From Phycisphaerales bacterium (lineage in GTDB: Bacteria > Planctomycetota > Phycisphaerae > Phycisphaerales > UBA1924): a DNA stretch of 64,000 nucleotides. Every line of letters starts with the position of its first letter. Position 1 is the first letter of the stretch. The notes under the pieces are model-generated. The model did no database searches, had not been told where the DNA came from, and worked only from the letters and a program-made list of their open reading frames with translations. The DNA lies in contig OZ245777.1 in NCBI GenBank assembly GCA_965227775.1, positions 480,001-544,000 of the forward strand. The letters are read 5' to 3'. Positions 54,980 to 64,000 of the stretch are shown here, piece by piece. A program made the translations under genes and the position numbers.

Positions 54980-55753
54980 CTAGATCACGTCGCGAATCTC
55001 AGAGCGCGCCGCCCGCAATGCGAGCAGGCCCAGCGTCATGAACACCACGGCCCAGCCGAGCGCCGCGGGCAGCAGCCACAAGTCTGGCATGCGGCCCTCG
55101 AGCATCATCTGGCGTCCGGCTTCGAGCGCGGGGTATGCGGGGTTGTACGGCAATACCGCTTGGGCAGCCTTCGGCAAGATCTCGGGCTTGTACACCATCG
55201 GGTATGCCCAGAAGCCGATCATCATGACGATGCGGATGACCTCGGTCATGTCCTTCACGAAAGGCACGACGGCCGCACCAAGAGCGCCAACGCCGAAGCC
55301 CAGGAGCAGGAGCAGCATGAATGGCACGGGCGCGAGCAGCCAGTACGCGTTGGGCACGAAACCGAACGGGATCGCCGCAATCGCAAGGATGGCGTAGCTG
55401 ATCGCCAGGCTTATGGCCGCCGAAACCACGGTCTGCGCGACGAACGCGCTCTCAGGGATCGGGAGCTTACGAAGGTACTGCGAGTTCGCGACGACGGCCT
55501 GGCTGCCCCGGGTGACCGTCTCGGCGAACGCGAGCCACGGCAGCATGGCGCTGCACAGGTAGATCACGTACGGCGCGTCACCCGTGCCCTCGCGGCTCAT
55601 GATGTTCGCAAAAACGAGCGAGTAAATCAGGATCATCGAGAGCGGCTGGATGATGTTCCACAGCACGCCAGCACTCGCGCCGGCGTAGCGGTGCCGCACG
55701 TCGGAGAGCGCGGTCCGCCAGATATAGGAAGCATGGGGCAGCAGTTCGAGCAT
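54980..55753 (-). CDS. ABC-2 type polysaccharide export permease (Wzm-like)
   Basis: RHRYAGASAGVLWNIIQPL, LPWLAFAE, PMVY and YNP motifs with 6 TM segments. Confidence 0.88.
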   Translation of the reverse strand: MLELLPHASYIWRTALSDVRHRYAGASAGVLWNIIQPLSMILIYSLVFANIMSREGTGDAPYVIYLCSAMLPWLAFAETVTRGSQAVVANSQYLRKLPIPESAFVAQTVVSAAISLAISYAILAIAAIPFGFVPNAYWLLAPVPFMLLLLLGFGVGALGAAVVPFVKDMTEVIRIVMMIGFWAYPMVYKPEILPKAAQAVLPYNPAYPALEAGRQMMLEGRMPDLWLLPAALGWAVVFMTLGLLALRAARSEIRDVI

Positions 55754-55767
55754 GGCGATAGTCCCGG

Positions 55768-56340
55768 TCAGTCCCCGTGCTTCGCGCGCAGCTTCGTGCT
55801 CAGGCGGCAGACGAGCTGCGCTCGCTCGGTCTCGTTGATCCAATCCTGCAGCGTGGCGGCGATCTCGTCTTCGGGCACGGGCGCGCCAGGCAGCGGGCAC
55901 GAGGCGCCGAGCTGCCGATCAGCGATAGCCCGGTACCGCGTCAGCGAGCGATCGCCGTACATCGACACGAAATCGAACTCCTCATTCAGAAACAACACGA
56001 CCGGCACACGATTGCCATCATTGATGACCAATCGTTGGGCAAGGTCCATGTGCTCGTCGCGATCGAGCACTCGCAGCTCGATGAGGTCGGGGCGCAGGCC
56101 CGCAATCGCGTCGAGCATGGTCACCTGCTGAACGCAGTCGCCGCACCACGTGCCGCTGACGCAGAGCACGTGCATCCGGCGCTTGAAGCCCTGAAAGAGC
56201 TCTCGTTGGGCGTCGGTGGTCTGCACTTGCTGGCGGAAGTCGTTCCAGGCGTGCCGGTGGTTGTCGCGGCCGGTCGCGACGTAGTCGTCGTAGCGCAGGC
56301 CTTCTTTGAACTTCTCTCGCAGGAACGTTGTTTCGATCAT
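55768..56340 (-). CDS. Thioredoxin family protein
   Basis: GTWCGDC, LDRDEH and RVPVVLF motifs. Confidence 0.85.
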   Translation of the reverse strand: MIETTFLREKFKEGLRYDDYVATGRDNHRHAWNDFRQQVQTTDAQRELFQGFKRRMHVLCVSGTWCGDCVQQVTMLDAIAGLRPDLIELRVLDRDEHMDLAQRLVINDGNRVPVVLFLNEEFDFVSMYGDRSLTRYRAIADRQLGASCPLPGAPVPEDEIAATLQDWINETERAQLVCRLSTKLRAKHGD

Positions 56341-56840
56341 GCAGTGACGATACGCGCAGGGCGCTGTGTGCCGCACTCGGGGCAGGCTTCCCCCACAACT
56401 CCCGAGAGGTCGTAGCCACAGGCAAGGCACGCTGGCGTGCGAACGCACCGCCGGGCCTCGCGACCGACAACGGCGTACTGCGCGGCGAATGCGGCGGCGG
56501 TGCCGATCAGCCAGGCCGGCCCGAAGCCGAGGATGGCTGAAGCGAGCAGCGGGTACACCGTGATGCCAAATGGCCCGGTCGACTCGGTGCTGGCGACGGA
56601 GCCATCCGGATTGAAAGTCGTGACCTGCTGATAGACCGTCGAGACGGCCTCCACGAAGCCAAGCCATCCGCCCGCCCCAGCGATGAACGCCGCCGAGATC
56701 ACCACGATCTGGGGCATGCGACGCCTTGCCAGCAGGGGCTTGAGGGTGCGCCGAGCCTCGCGCGTGGACAGGCCGGTTTCCCGGGCGACGGCCATAGCGG
56801 GCGCCACGGCCCAGAACGGTCGGGAAGCTGCTCGATTCAT
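56337..56840 (-). CDS. 2-TM protein with C-terminal zinc ribbon
   Basis: CLACGYDLSGVVGEACPECG. Confidence 0.72.
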   Translation of the reverse strand: MNRAASRPFWAVAPAMAVARETGLSTREARRTLKPLLARRRMPQIVVISAAFIAGAGGWLGFVEAVSTVYQQVTTFNPDGSVASTESTGPFGITVYPLLASAILGFGPAWLIGTAAAFAAQYAVVGREARRCVRTPACLACGYDLSGVVGEACPECGTQRPARIVTA

Positions 56841-56858
56841 GCGATGGTGATTGGGAAG

Positions 56859-56931
56859 TGGAGCGGAAGAGATTCGAACTCTCGACCTCATCATTGCGAA
56901 CGATGCGCTCTACCAACTGAGCTACCGCCCC
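56859..56931 (-). tRNA. tRNA-Ala(CGC), CCA not encoded
   Basis: Reverse complement reads GGGGCGGTAGCTCAGTTGGTAGAGCGCATCG-TTCGCAA-TGATGAGGTCGAGAGTTCGAATCTCTTCCGCTCCA, with the G3:U70 identity pair. Confidence 0.95.
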
Positions 56932-57176
56932 TCGCAGCCGAGCCCTCGGGCTCGCGCGGGCGGAGTATAGGGCGGCCACCGTTCTGCATCAGAACGCGCT
57001 CATATAGACCGATAACTTTCACTTGGTGCTCACTTTGATGAACAGTTTTCTGGCGCACGCGGGATCAGTTGCCGTTATATTGGCTAGTACTAACTAAACA
57101 CCTGTGCGTCCGGTCGGGGCGGGCCGTGGAGGGACGGCCCGACCCGGCCGAGGCCGCAGGCACGATCGTGAGGGTG

Positions 57177-57422
57177 ATGACGATGGACGATCGAAGTGGA
57201 CGAATCGAACGCTTGCGCTGCCGCACCGCGGTGCTCGGCATGATGGGCCTGACCGCCGCAGCGTTACTGCTCTCCGGTTGCTCCTCCCACTACCACTACG
57301 GCTACGGGAGCCACGGATACGGGAGCTACTCGTACGGCCACTGCGGCGGCGGGGGAGACGCCGGACTGTGGCTGCTGCTGGTGTATGGCGCCGCCGGCAT
57401 CCTGCACTGGTGTTTCAACTAG
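57177..57422 (+). CDS. Small putative lipoprotein with a Tyr/Gly/His-rich segment and hydrophobic C-terminus
   Basis: LLLSGC lipobox, SHYHYGYGSHGYGSYSYGH segment, and GAGGG before the ATG. Confidence 0.55.
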   Translation: MTMDDRSGRIERLRCRTAVLGMMGLTAAALLLSGCSSHYHYGYGSHGYGSYSYGHCGGGGDAGLWLLLVYGAAGILHWCFN

Positions 57423-57432
57423 CGGACGCGCA

Positions 57433-58701
57433 TCAGTTGATGTAGAAGATCGAGCGGAACAGGTCGTCGCCGAACGTGTCCTCCATGTCTTGCCAGAGCT
57501 CGTCGCGGGTGACCGGCCGGTCGTCAACGGGCACAAGGTAGGGCGCGGCGGCCGATCCCTGCACCCAGTAGAACACGTCGAAGTCTCTCGGCTGCTCGAA
57601 GAAGGCCCGCACGTCGATGCCCTGGGTCCCATCGCCGCGCCAGAACCGCAGCAGCTTCTCGCCTTCCAGCAACGCCTCGGCCTCGTCGAGCAGGTCGAGC
57701 CACATGGCGACCTGTGGCTCGCCGAGTTCGACGCCGCGCATCGCGGGCGACTGGTGCGGGGCGGGCAGCCACTCGCGGTCGTCGTCCGTCTCGGCCCGGG
57801 CGCTCTTCCACATCTCGCGGCTATGGCCGATGGCGTTGAGCAGGTGCTGGCGCGCCCGAGACATGCGCTCCTGTCCGTCGGCCGCGAGCGGGAAATCGAG
57901 GCTGCCGGCGAACGCAAGGATATCCGATACGTCGATGTCCATGCCGGTCGGGTCGAGCGGCTTGTTCTGCATCAGGAACGGATACGGCGTCTTGGGCTTG
58001 GGAAAGTAGAGGTGCGCGCAGCGGTCGAACATCTCGCGGTTGTCGTAGGCCAGCATGATCTCGCCTGCAGCCATGAGCACGTCGTTGTACGCGCGCAGCC
58101 AGTGCAGGTCGGTCGCATCGAGCCCGAGCACGAACGATCGCTGCTCCTGCGGGATATTGATGCCGTTGCGAAAGACGATCGCGAACGCGCGCGCCGGCTC
58201 TTCCTCGCGCGACGCGTTGCCGTCGCCGTTGAAGTCCAGCGGGATTTCGGCCATGTCGAGGCGGAGCTTCCAGTCGCCGTCGGTCGGAACCGCGTTGAGC
58301 AGATCATCGGCCTCGCCAAGGTCGTCGAGCCAGCGTTGCATGATGCTGCGCACGTCCTCGGCGGTGACTTCCTTGGGGTCGGGGTTCATGCCCGCCTGCA
58401 TCATGCCACGGAACATCATGATGCTGCCGGCGCGGATGGGCTGGCCCGCGCCGTACTCATACAACCGCTGGACGGCGTGCTCGCCGCTACGGAAGAAGAC
58501 CGCCAGCGCGTGCGCGAATCGCGTGCGAGCGTCGGCGTCGCCGCCCTCGACCCGGGCGCCAAGCGTTTCCACAGCGATGCTGAGCGTCGCTCCCTCGGCG
58601 TTGAACGCGTCGGTAACTGGGTCGATGGCAGTGTTTGCGTGGGCGTGCGTGGCGACAAGGCACCCGCACAGGCCCAGGAAGCGTCCGGCTCGGATACGCA
58701 T
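57433..58701 (-). CDS. Secreted hypothetical protein
   Basis: Signal peptide ending AHA, a DFNGDG loop, GAGGGAGG Shine-Dalgarno and typical codon usage. Confidence 0.72.
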   Translation of the reverse strand: MRIRAGRFLGLCGCLVATHAHANTAIDPVTDAFNAEGATLSIAVETLGARVEGGDADARTRFAHALAVFFRSGEHAVQRLYEYGAGQPIRAGSIMMFRGMMQAGMNPDPKEVTAEDVRSIMQRWLDDLGEADDLLNAVPTDGDWKLRLDMAEIPLDFNGDGNASREEEPARAFAIVFRNGINIPQEQRSFVLGLDATDLHWLRAYNDVLMAAGEIMLAYDNREMFDRCAHLYFPKPKTPYPFLMQNKPLDPTGMDIDVSDILAFAGSLDFPLAADGQERMSRARQHLLNAIGHSREMWKSARAETDDDREWLPAPHQSPAMRGVELGEPQVAMWLDLLDEAEALLEGEKLLRFWRGDGTQGIDVRAFFEQPRDFDVFYWVQGSAAAPYLVPVDDRPVTRDELWQDMEDTFGDDLFRSIFYIN

Positions 58702-58772
58702 GGTTTCATCCTCCCTCGAGTTGGTCGCCCGATCCCGCGCATCCGCGCTCGTGGGCGTGTACCGTGGATGTT

Positions 58773-60617
58773 ATGGCAACCCCTTCAAACGAGCGGCACG
58801 ACCCCAACGACGGCCTGACCCGCCGGGAATTCATGCGGACGACCTCGGCGGGCCTCGCAGCAGCCGCGGGAGGCGGGTATCTCGCATCGCACGCCTCGGC
58901 AGCGTCGCGCGAGCCGCGGCGGAATGATGTGGGCGTGGAAGTGCGCGTCGTAGAAGAGTCCGAATCGCTGCCGCAGGATCGCTCCTGGGGCGACGGCCCC
59001 TTCGGCTACGACCTGCCGTACACGAGCCAGCGCATGCCCGTGCTCGCGCGCAACTGCGTGGCAACGAGCCAACCGCTCGCTGCACAAGCGGGGCTCGAGA
59101 TGCTGCGCTCCGGTGGCAACGCGGCGGACGCGGCCGTTGCCACCGCCGCCACGCTCACCGTGGTTGAACCGACCGCCAACGGGATTGGCGGCGATAACTT
59201 CGCGCTGCTCTGGATGAAGGACGAACAGGGCAACGCGAAGCTGCACGGCCTCAACGCCTCCGGCCGCTCGCCCAAGGGGCTGAAGCGCGAGGACTACGAC
59301 GGGCTCGACCGCATGCCGCTCTACGACTGGCGCGCGGTGACGACGCCCGGCGCGGTATCCGGCTGGGTTGCCGTGAACGAGAAGTTTGGCAAGCTTTCGC
59401 TGGAGAGGGTGCTCGAGCCCGCGATCCGGTACGCGCGCGAGGGCTACCTGGTCAGCCCCGGCATCGCGTCGGGCTGGAACTCGTCGAGCAGGCGATACCG
59501 CGGGGCCGACCGCTTCGAGGGCTGGCAGCAGACGTTTGCACCCGGCGGCAGTGCGCCCCAGCCTGGCGAACTATTCAAGATGCCTGGCCATGCGCGCACG
59601 CTCGAGGCGGTCGCCGGCACCAAGGGCCGGGCCTTCTACGAGGGCGAGATCGCCAAGGCGATCGAGGCCGAGAGCATCAAGCACGGCGGCTCGCTCAGGC
59701 TCGCGGACCTTGCGGCCCACGAGGCGCGGTGGGTCGAGCCGATCTCGATCGACTATCGCGGCTGGCGTCTGCACGAGATTCCGCCCAACGGCCAGGGCAT
59801 CACCGCGCTCATCGCGCTGGGTATCCTGCGGCACTTCGACGTCGCGGGCATCGACATCGACACTGCAGCCTGGATGCACCCGCAGATCGAAGCGATGAAG
59901 CTGGCGTTCGCCGATGCGCACCAGCACATTGCCGACCCTGAGCACATGCGCGTGTCGGTCGATGACCTGCTGGACGACGGCTATCTAGAGTCTCGCGCCA
60001 AGCTGATCGATCCCGCCAAGGCCGGCAACTTCGACTATGGCGACCCCAAGGAGGGCGGCACCGTGCTGCTGACGGCGGCCGACGCCGAGGGCAACATGGT
60101 CAGCTTCATCCAGAGCAACTACACGGGCTTCGGCTCGGGCATGGTCGTGCCGGGCTTTGGTGTCGCGATGCACAACCGCGGGGGCAACTTCTCGCTCGAG
60201 CCGGGCCACGCCAACGAGATCGCGCCCGGCAAGCTGCCCTACCACACGATCATTCCGGCGTTCGTGACGCGCGACGGGCAGCCGGCGATGGCGTATGGCG
60301 TGATGGGCGGATTCATGCAGCCGCAGGGGCACGCACAGGTGCTGGTGCGCATGGCTGACCACGGGCAGAACCCGCAGGCGTGCCTCGATGCGCCGCGCTG
60401 GCAGATCGAGCGCAACGGGCGCGTCATGATGGAGCCGGGTTTCAGAACGATCGCGGGTGAGGGTGTGTACGACGAGCTTGAGAAGATGGGCCACCCCATG
60501 CGGCGCTACCGCACACGCAACGCCAGCTTCGGGCGCGGCCAGGTCATCTACAAGCTCGAGGATGGGTACATCGCCGCGAGCGACTTGCGCGCCGATGGAC
60601 AGGCGGTCGGTTTCTGA
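58773..60617 (+). CDS. Gamma-glutamyltransferase family protein with Tat signal
   Basis: TRREFMR Tat motif, ATSQPLAAQAG, GGNAADAA, PPNGQG, GT(V) nucleophile, PYHTIIP and GGFMQPQG. Confidence 0.92.
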   Translation: MATPSNERHDPNDGLTRREFMRTTSAGLAAAAGGGYLASHASAASREPRRNDVGVEVRVVEESESLPQDRSWGDGPFGYDLPYTSQRMPVLARNCVATSQPLAAQAGLEMLRSGGNAADAAVATAATLTVVEPTANGIGGDNFALLWMKDEQGNAKLHGLNASGRSPKGLKREDYDGLDRMPLYDWRAVTTPGAVSGWVAVNEKFGKLSLERVLEPAIRYAREGYLVSPGIASGWNSSSRRYRGADRFEGWQQTFAPGGSAPQPGELFKMPGHARTLEAVAGTKGRAFYEGEIAKAIEAESIKHGGSLRLADLAAHEARWVEPISIDYRGWRLHEIPPNGQGITALIALGILRHFDVAGIDIDTAAWMHPQIEAMKLAFADAHQHIADPEHMRVSVDDLLDDGYLESRAKLIDPAKAGNFDYGDPKEGGTVLLTAADAEGNMVSFIQSNYTGFGSGMVVPGFGVAMHNRGGNFSLEPGHANEIAPGKLPYHTIIPAFVTRDGQPAMAYGVMGGFMQPQGHAQVLVRMADHGQNPQACLDAPRWQIERNGRVMMEPGFRTIAGEGVYDELEKMGHPMRRYRTRNASFGRGQVIYKLEDGYIAASDLRADGQAVGF

Positions 60618-60624
60618 GCCTGTG

Positions 60625-61356
60625 CTACAACTCGTTGGCGCGCTTGTCGGCGGCGTCGATCCACGCTTGGGCCTGGTCTGCCCACGAGGTGCCCGGCGCC
60701 GCGCCGATCACGCGATTGAACCAGTCGCGGGCCTTGGTCGCCTTGCCCATGCGGTCGTAGCCGCGGGCGATGCCGATCATGAGCTGGCCCTTCACGCCAG
60801 TCGGCTGGTCGTTCCAGTTGTCGTGCAGCTCCAAGAGCGCCGCCTTCGCGTCTTCGATGCCCTTGGCCGCGTAGCCCTGGGCCATGCGGTCGATCGGGTG
60901 GTACGCCGCCAGGTTCAGCAGGGTTGTCGCCGCGACCATCCGCACGCCCGGATTCTCAGGCTCGAGCTCGCGGGCCTTGTCCAGATCCGCGAGCGCTTCG
61001 TTGGTATGCCGCATGGCGGCCATGAAGTCGCCGGCCTCCGAGGCAGTTCCGGCATCGAAGAGCTTGACCGCGCCCAGCCAGGCGATGGCCTCGGCGTTCT
61101 TGTCGTCGGCCTCGATCGCCTGCTGGCACGCGTCGACCAAACGCTGCTTCGCGGCCTCGTCGCCCTGGGAGGCCTTGACGAAGTCGGCGAACACCGTTCG
61201 CTCGAAGCCGCGATACCCAGAGCTGCCCGGATCAACCTGGATGAACTCGTACTGCGGCTCGGGAACCTGGGTTGCGTCGTTCTCGCCGGCAGGCTGGGCG
61301 AGCGCGAGCGGCGTCGCGGCGAGCACGGCAATGGCGGATCGGAACACGTGATGCAT
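60625..61356 (-). CDS. Secreted TPR-like helical protein
   Basis: Signal peptide ending ALA-Q, TPR-like AIEADDKNAEA and ARELEPEN helices, GGAG Shine-Dalgarno. Confidence 0.7.
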   Translation of the reverse strand: MHHVFRSAIAVLAATPLALAQPAGENDATQVPEPQYEFIQVDPGSSGYRGFERTVFADFVKASQGDEAAKQRLVDACQQAIEADDKNAEAIAWLGAVKLFDAGTASEAGDFMAAMRHTNEALADLDKARELEPENPGVRMVAATTLLNLAAYHPIDRMAQGYAAKGIEDAKAALLELHDNWNDQPTGVKGQLMIGIARGYDRMGKATKARDWFNRVIGAAPGTSWADQAQAWIDAADKRANEL

Positions 61357-61400
61357 ATGGAGGCTCCTGTCTGGCCGCGGCGGGGCGGGGCTCCCTGGTA

Positions 61401-62879
61401 TTACGTTTCCAGTGCGTTGGCTTTCAGGGCCTCGCGCAGCGGGGCGATCAGGTCGCCGTACTTCGCCGCCCGCCCCTTGGCCGACTTGTAGATCGGCCGG
61501 CGGACCTGCGTGACGCTCAGGGTGCGATCGGCCCGGTTTGCCTCGTGCGGGCGTAGGCAGCGGTCATCCCAGGGCAGGCCGACGAAGTCAATGATCTTGC
61601 GGGCGACCGTGGGAAGGTCGTTGACCAGGTCCTCGTAGCGAATCGTGAGGAAGTCGTTTCGGCAGGCCTGCTGCCAGTGGGCTGCCAGCCGCTCGTTCTC
61701 GGCGTAGACCGCGGCGAGATTCTCGAAGTTGTCGGCGTAGGGGATGGAGGATGGCCGAAGGCGTTCGAAGTAGCACGACAGGCAATTATCCGCCGGGTCG
61801 CGCCGCGTGTGGATGAACTTCGCGCCCGGCAGGATGCGATCGGCAAAGCCCAGCCGCCGCATATTGGCAAGGTCCTTATTCGAGATGAACTTCACGCTGG
61901 GCGCCTTGGCACGCATGGCCTTCTCGTACTGCTCGCCAGCGGCCGTAATCTGCTCGGGCGTCATGTCTGGAACAAACTCGGGCCACTCTGTTGGGGCGAA
62001 CCCGGTCTGTGCGCCTCGCAAGATGAGCTGGAGCGTGAAGTCTTCGTCCGCTCCGAAGGCGTCGGGATGGGCGTGGATGATGCGCTCAGTTAGCGTCGAG
62101 CCGCTCCGCGGCATGCCGACGATGAACACGGCCCACGACCCGTCGCACTCGGCGCGGGGGCTCGTGCGCAGCGATTCCTCGCTGAATGTCTCGATGATGC
62201 GGTCGTTCTCGGCACGATACTCATCGATGCTGAAGGGCATACGCAGCATGGCGTTGCCGCGGCGCGCGGCCTCGAGGGCTTCCTCGAATTGCTTGTTCCG
62301 CTCGTACGCCCGAGCCATCGAGAGCATGGTGCTGCGCAGCTGGGGCTCTTCGGGAAGATCGGCCGCCATCACGCGTTCGCCCAGCGCGATCGCCTCGCGC
62401 AGCTTGTTCATCTCCATGAGCACACGGACCCCCACCGCCGAGAGCGATGGGTTGGTCGGGTTGGCGGCCACGGCCGGCTCGAGCGTCTTCCACGCGCGCT
62501 TCGAGTTGCCCTGCATCTCGTAGACCTCGGCCCGCCCGGCGATCGCCGGTGGGAAGCCAGGGTCGAGCTTCTGCGCGTCGGCATAGTGGGCGAGAGCATC
62601 GCCGAGACGCCCCGCGTGCACGTAGGACTCGGCGAGTTGGACCTGCCGCAGGGGCGAGGGCGGTCCGCTGTCGACGACGAACTTACGATGCTCGATGGCC
62701 TGATCGATGTAGCCCGTCGCGAGGCACACATCGCCCATCAGGGCGCGGACATCCGGATCTCGAGGGAGGTTCTCCAGGAGCGTCAGCCCGAGTGCGTAGG
62801 CCTGGGCGAAATCGCCGCGGGCGTTGGCCTCGCGGGCCTGCTGGACGAGCTGTCTGGACCGATCGGGGCTGAGGCTCAT
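61401..62879 (-). CDS. TPR-containing sulfotransferase
   Basis: N-terminal TPRs, then FIVGMPRSGSTLTERI, RRDPADNCLS, RYEDLV and QVRRPIY motifs. Confidence 0.9.
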   Translation of the reverse strand: MSLSPDRSRQLVQQAREANARGDFAQAYALGLTLLENLPRDPDVRALMGDVCLATGYIDQAIEHRKFVVDSGPPSPLRQVQLAESYVHAGRLGDALAHYADAQKLDPGFPPAIAGRAEVYEMQGNSKRAWKTLEPAVAANPTNPSLSAVGVRVLMEMNKLREAIALGERVMAADLPEEPQLRSTMLSMARAYERNKQFEEALEAARRGNAMLRMPFSIDEYRAENDRIIETFSEESLRTSPRAECDGSWAVFIVGMPRSGSTLTERIIHAHPDAFGADEDFTLQLILRGAQTGFAPTEWPEFVPDMTPEQITAAGEQYEKAMRAKAPSVKFISNKDLANMRRLGFADRILPGAKFIHTRRDPADNCLSCYFERLRPSSIPYADNFENLAAVYAENERLAAHWQQACRNDFLTIRYEDLVNDLPTVARKIIDFVGLPWDDRCLRPHEANRADRTLSVTQVRRPIYKSAKGRAAKYGDLIAPLREALKANALET

Positions 62880-62970
62880 GGGCCCATCATAAACCCTGCC
62901 GCGGCCTTGGCGAACGGTCGCAGAACCGATCCCAGCCTATCGTGAGGTGCTCGTGCGGGGGGAGGTCGAT

Positions 62971-64000
62971 GTGCGCAATCTGCTTGATCTGGACCCGTCG
63001 CTCGAGCCCATCCAGGGCGAGCTTGCTTCCTACCTCGGCCGCGTCGTTGATCGATTCGACGACGCGCTCCAGAGCGACATCCTCGCCGTCCAGCGATTGA
63101 CCCAGCACGTCGAGCGATACCGCGGCAAGATGTTGCGGCCTGCGCTCGTCGCGCTCGCGGCGGGCGCCGCACACGGCGATCTTGCGGCCGTGCTGCAGGG
63201 TCCGAAGGGCGCGGCTCTGGAGATCATCGGAGCCGTGTGCGAGATGGTGCACATGGCAACGCTCGTGCACGACGACGTGCTCGACGAGGCCGACACGCGC
63301 CGCCGGGGGCGAACCGTCAACGCTATGAGCGGCAACGAGACGGCGGTGATCCTGGGTGACTACCTCATCGCCGGCGCGTACCACCTGTGCTCAACACTCG
63401 ACGAGCAGGCAACCGCGCTACGCGTGGCGCGCGCAAGCATGGTCGTGTGCAGCGGTGAACTTCTGCAGCTCGATCGGCGCGACGACCTCTCGCTGGACGA
63501 AGCGACCTACTTCGAGATCATCGACCGCAAGACCGCCGAGCTCATCGCCGCGGCGTGCGAGCTAGGCGCGACCGCGGGCGGTGGATCGCCCGAAGTGGTC
63601 TCTGCACTCGAGGCCTTCGGTCGGCAGATCGGCGCCGCCTTCCAGGTCCGCGATGACCTGCTTGACCTCACCGGCCGTGAGGAAGTGGTGGGCAAGAGCG
63701 TGGGGCGAGACGCACGCAAGGGCAAGCTGACACTTCCGGTGATCCACCACCTCGCGCAGGCCGAGCCGTCCGAGCGGGCCCACAGCCTGGCGCTCGCCCT
63801 TCGGGCCGCCCGCGAGGACTCGGGCGACGCACCGGCCGAGCTCCGCGGCCGGCTCGATACCACCAGCTCGGTCCAGCACGCCCAGGCCGCATCGGAGGCC
63901 ATCGTGGACCGTGCACGCGAGCGGCTGGGGCCGCTCGCCGACACGCCCGCCCGCCGGACGCTTCTGGCGATGGCCGACGCGGTCGTGAATCGATCTTTTT
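62971..64000 (+). CDS. Polyprenyl diphosphate synthase (IspB-like), stop just beyond the window
   Basis: GTG start after GGAGG. GKMLRP, LVHDDVLDEADTRRG, KTAEL, FQVRDDLLD and GKLTLP motifs. Absent from the ORF track because there is no stop in the window. Confidence 0.92.
   Translation, partial: MRNLLDLDPSLEPIQGELASYLGRVVDRFDDALQSDILAVQRLTQHVERYRGKMLRPALVALAAGAAHGDLAAVLQGPKGAALEIIGAVCEMVHMATLVHDDVLDEADTRRRGRTVNAMSGNETAVILGDYLIAGAYHLCSTLDEQATALRVARASMVVCSGELLQLDRRDDLSLDEATYFEIIDRKTAELIAAACELGATAGGGSPEVVSALEAFGRQIGAAFQVRDDLLDLTGREEVVGKSVGRDARKGKLTLPVIHHLAQAEPSERAHSLALALRAAREDSGDAPAELRGRLDTTSSVQHAQAASEAIVDRARERLGPLADTPARRTLLAMADAVVNRSF

Overview
This is a high-GC bacterial chromosome window. It is almost certainly a Planctomycetota/Phycisphaerales-type genome, inferred from four GC-type dockerin-tailed secreted proteins, three CxxCGYD..G..CPECG membrane proteins, a VPAP-type PEP-CTERM-like protein and a long FlgI-like gene upstream of smc. 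Housekeeping genes include an S1-domain protein, dut, gcvP, phoU, dcd-nrdJ, smc, gmhA, proS, a lolD-like ATPase, a polyprenyl synthetase, tRNA-Val(CAC) and tRNA-Ala(CGC). There are also surface and glycan genes and a cluster of secreted proteins at about 32.3-41 kb. The most notable signals are: (1) a 7 x 21-bp degenerate, internally palindromic DNA array upstream of a cytoplasmic helical + Fn3-like protein ending in -AA, inside a small accessory patch at 41-44.4 kb; (2) four NrdR-box-like sites in two correctly phased pairs upstream of dcd-nrdJ; (3) a TANNNT hexamer 5-8 nt before at least 12 start codons, suggesting widespread leaderless mRNAs; (4) a GT9-coiled-coil / GT2-GT4 / Wzm locus resembling a molecular-ruler glycan system. 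I saw no CRISPR array, rRNA, integrase or transposase. All calls come from reading motifs by eye, and no database searches were run.
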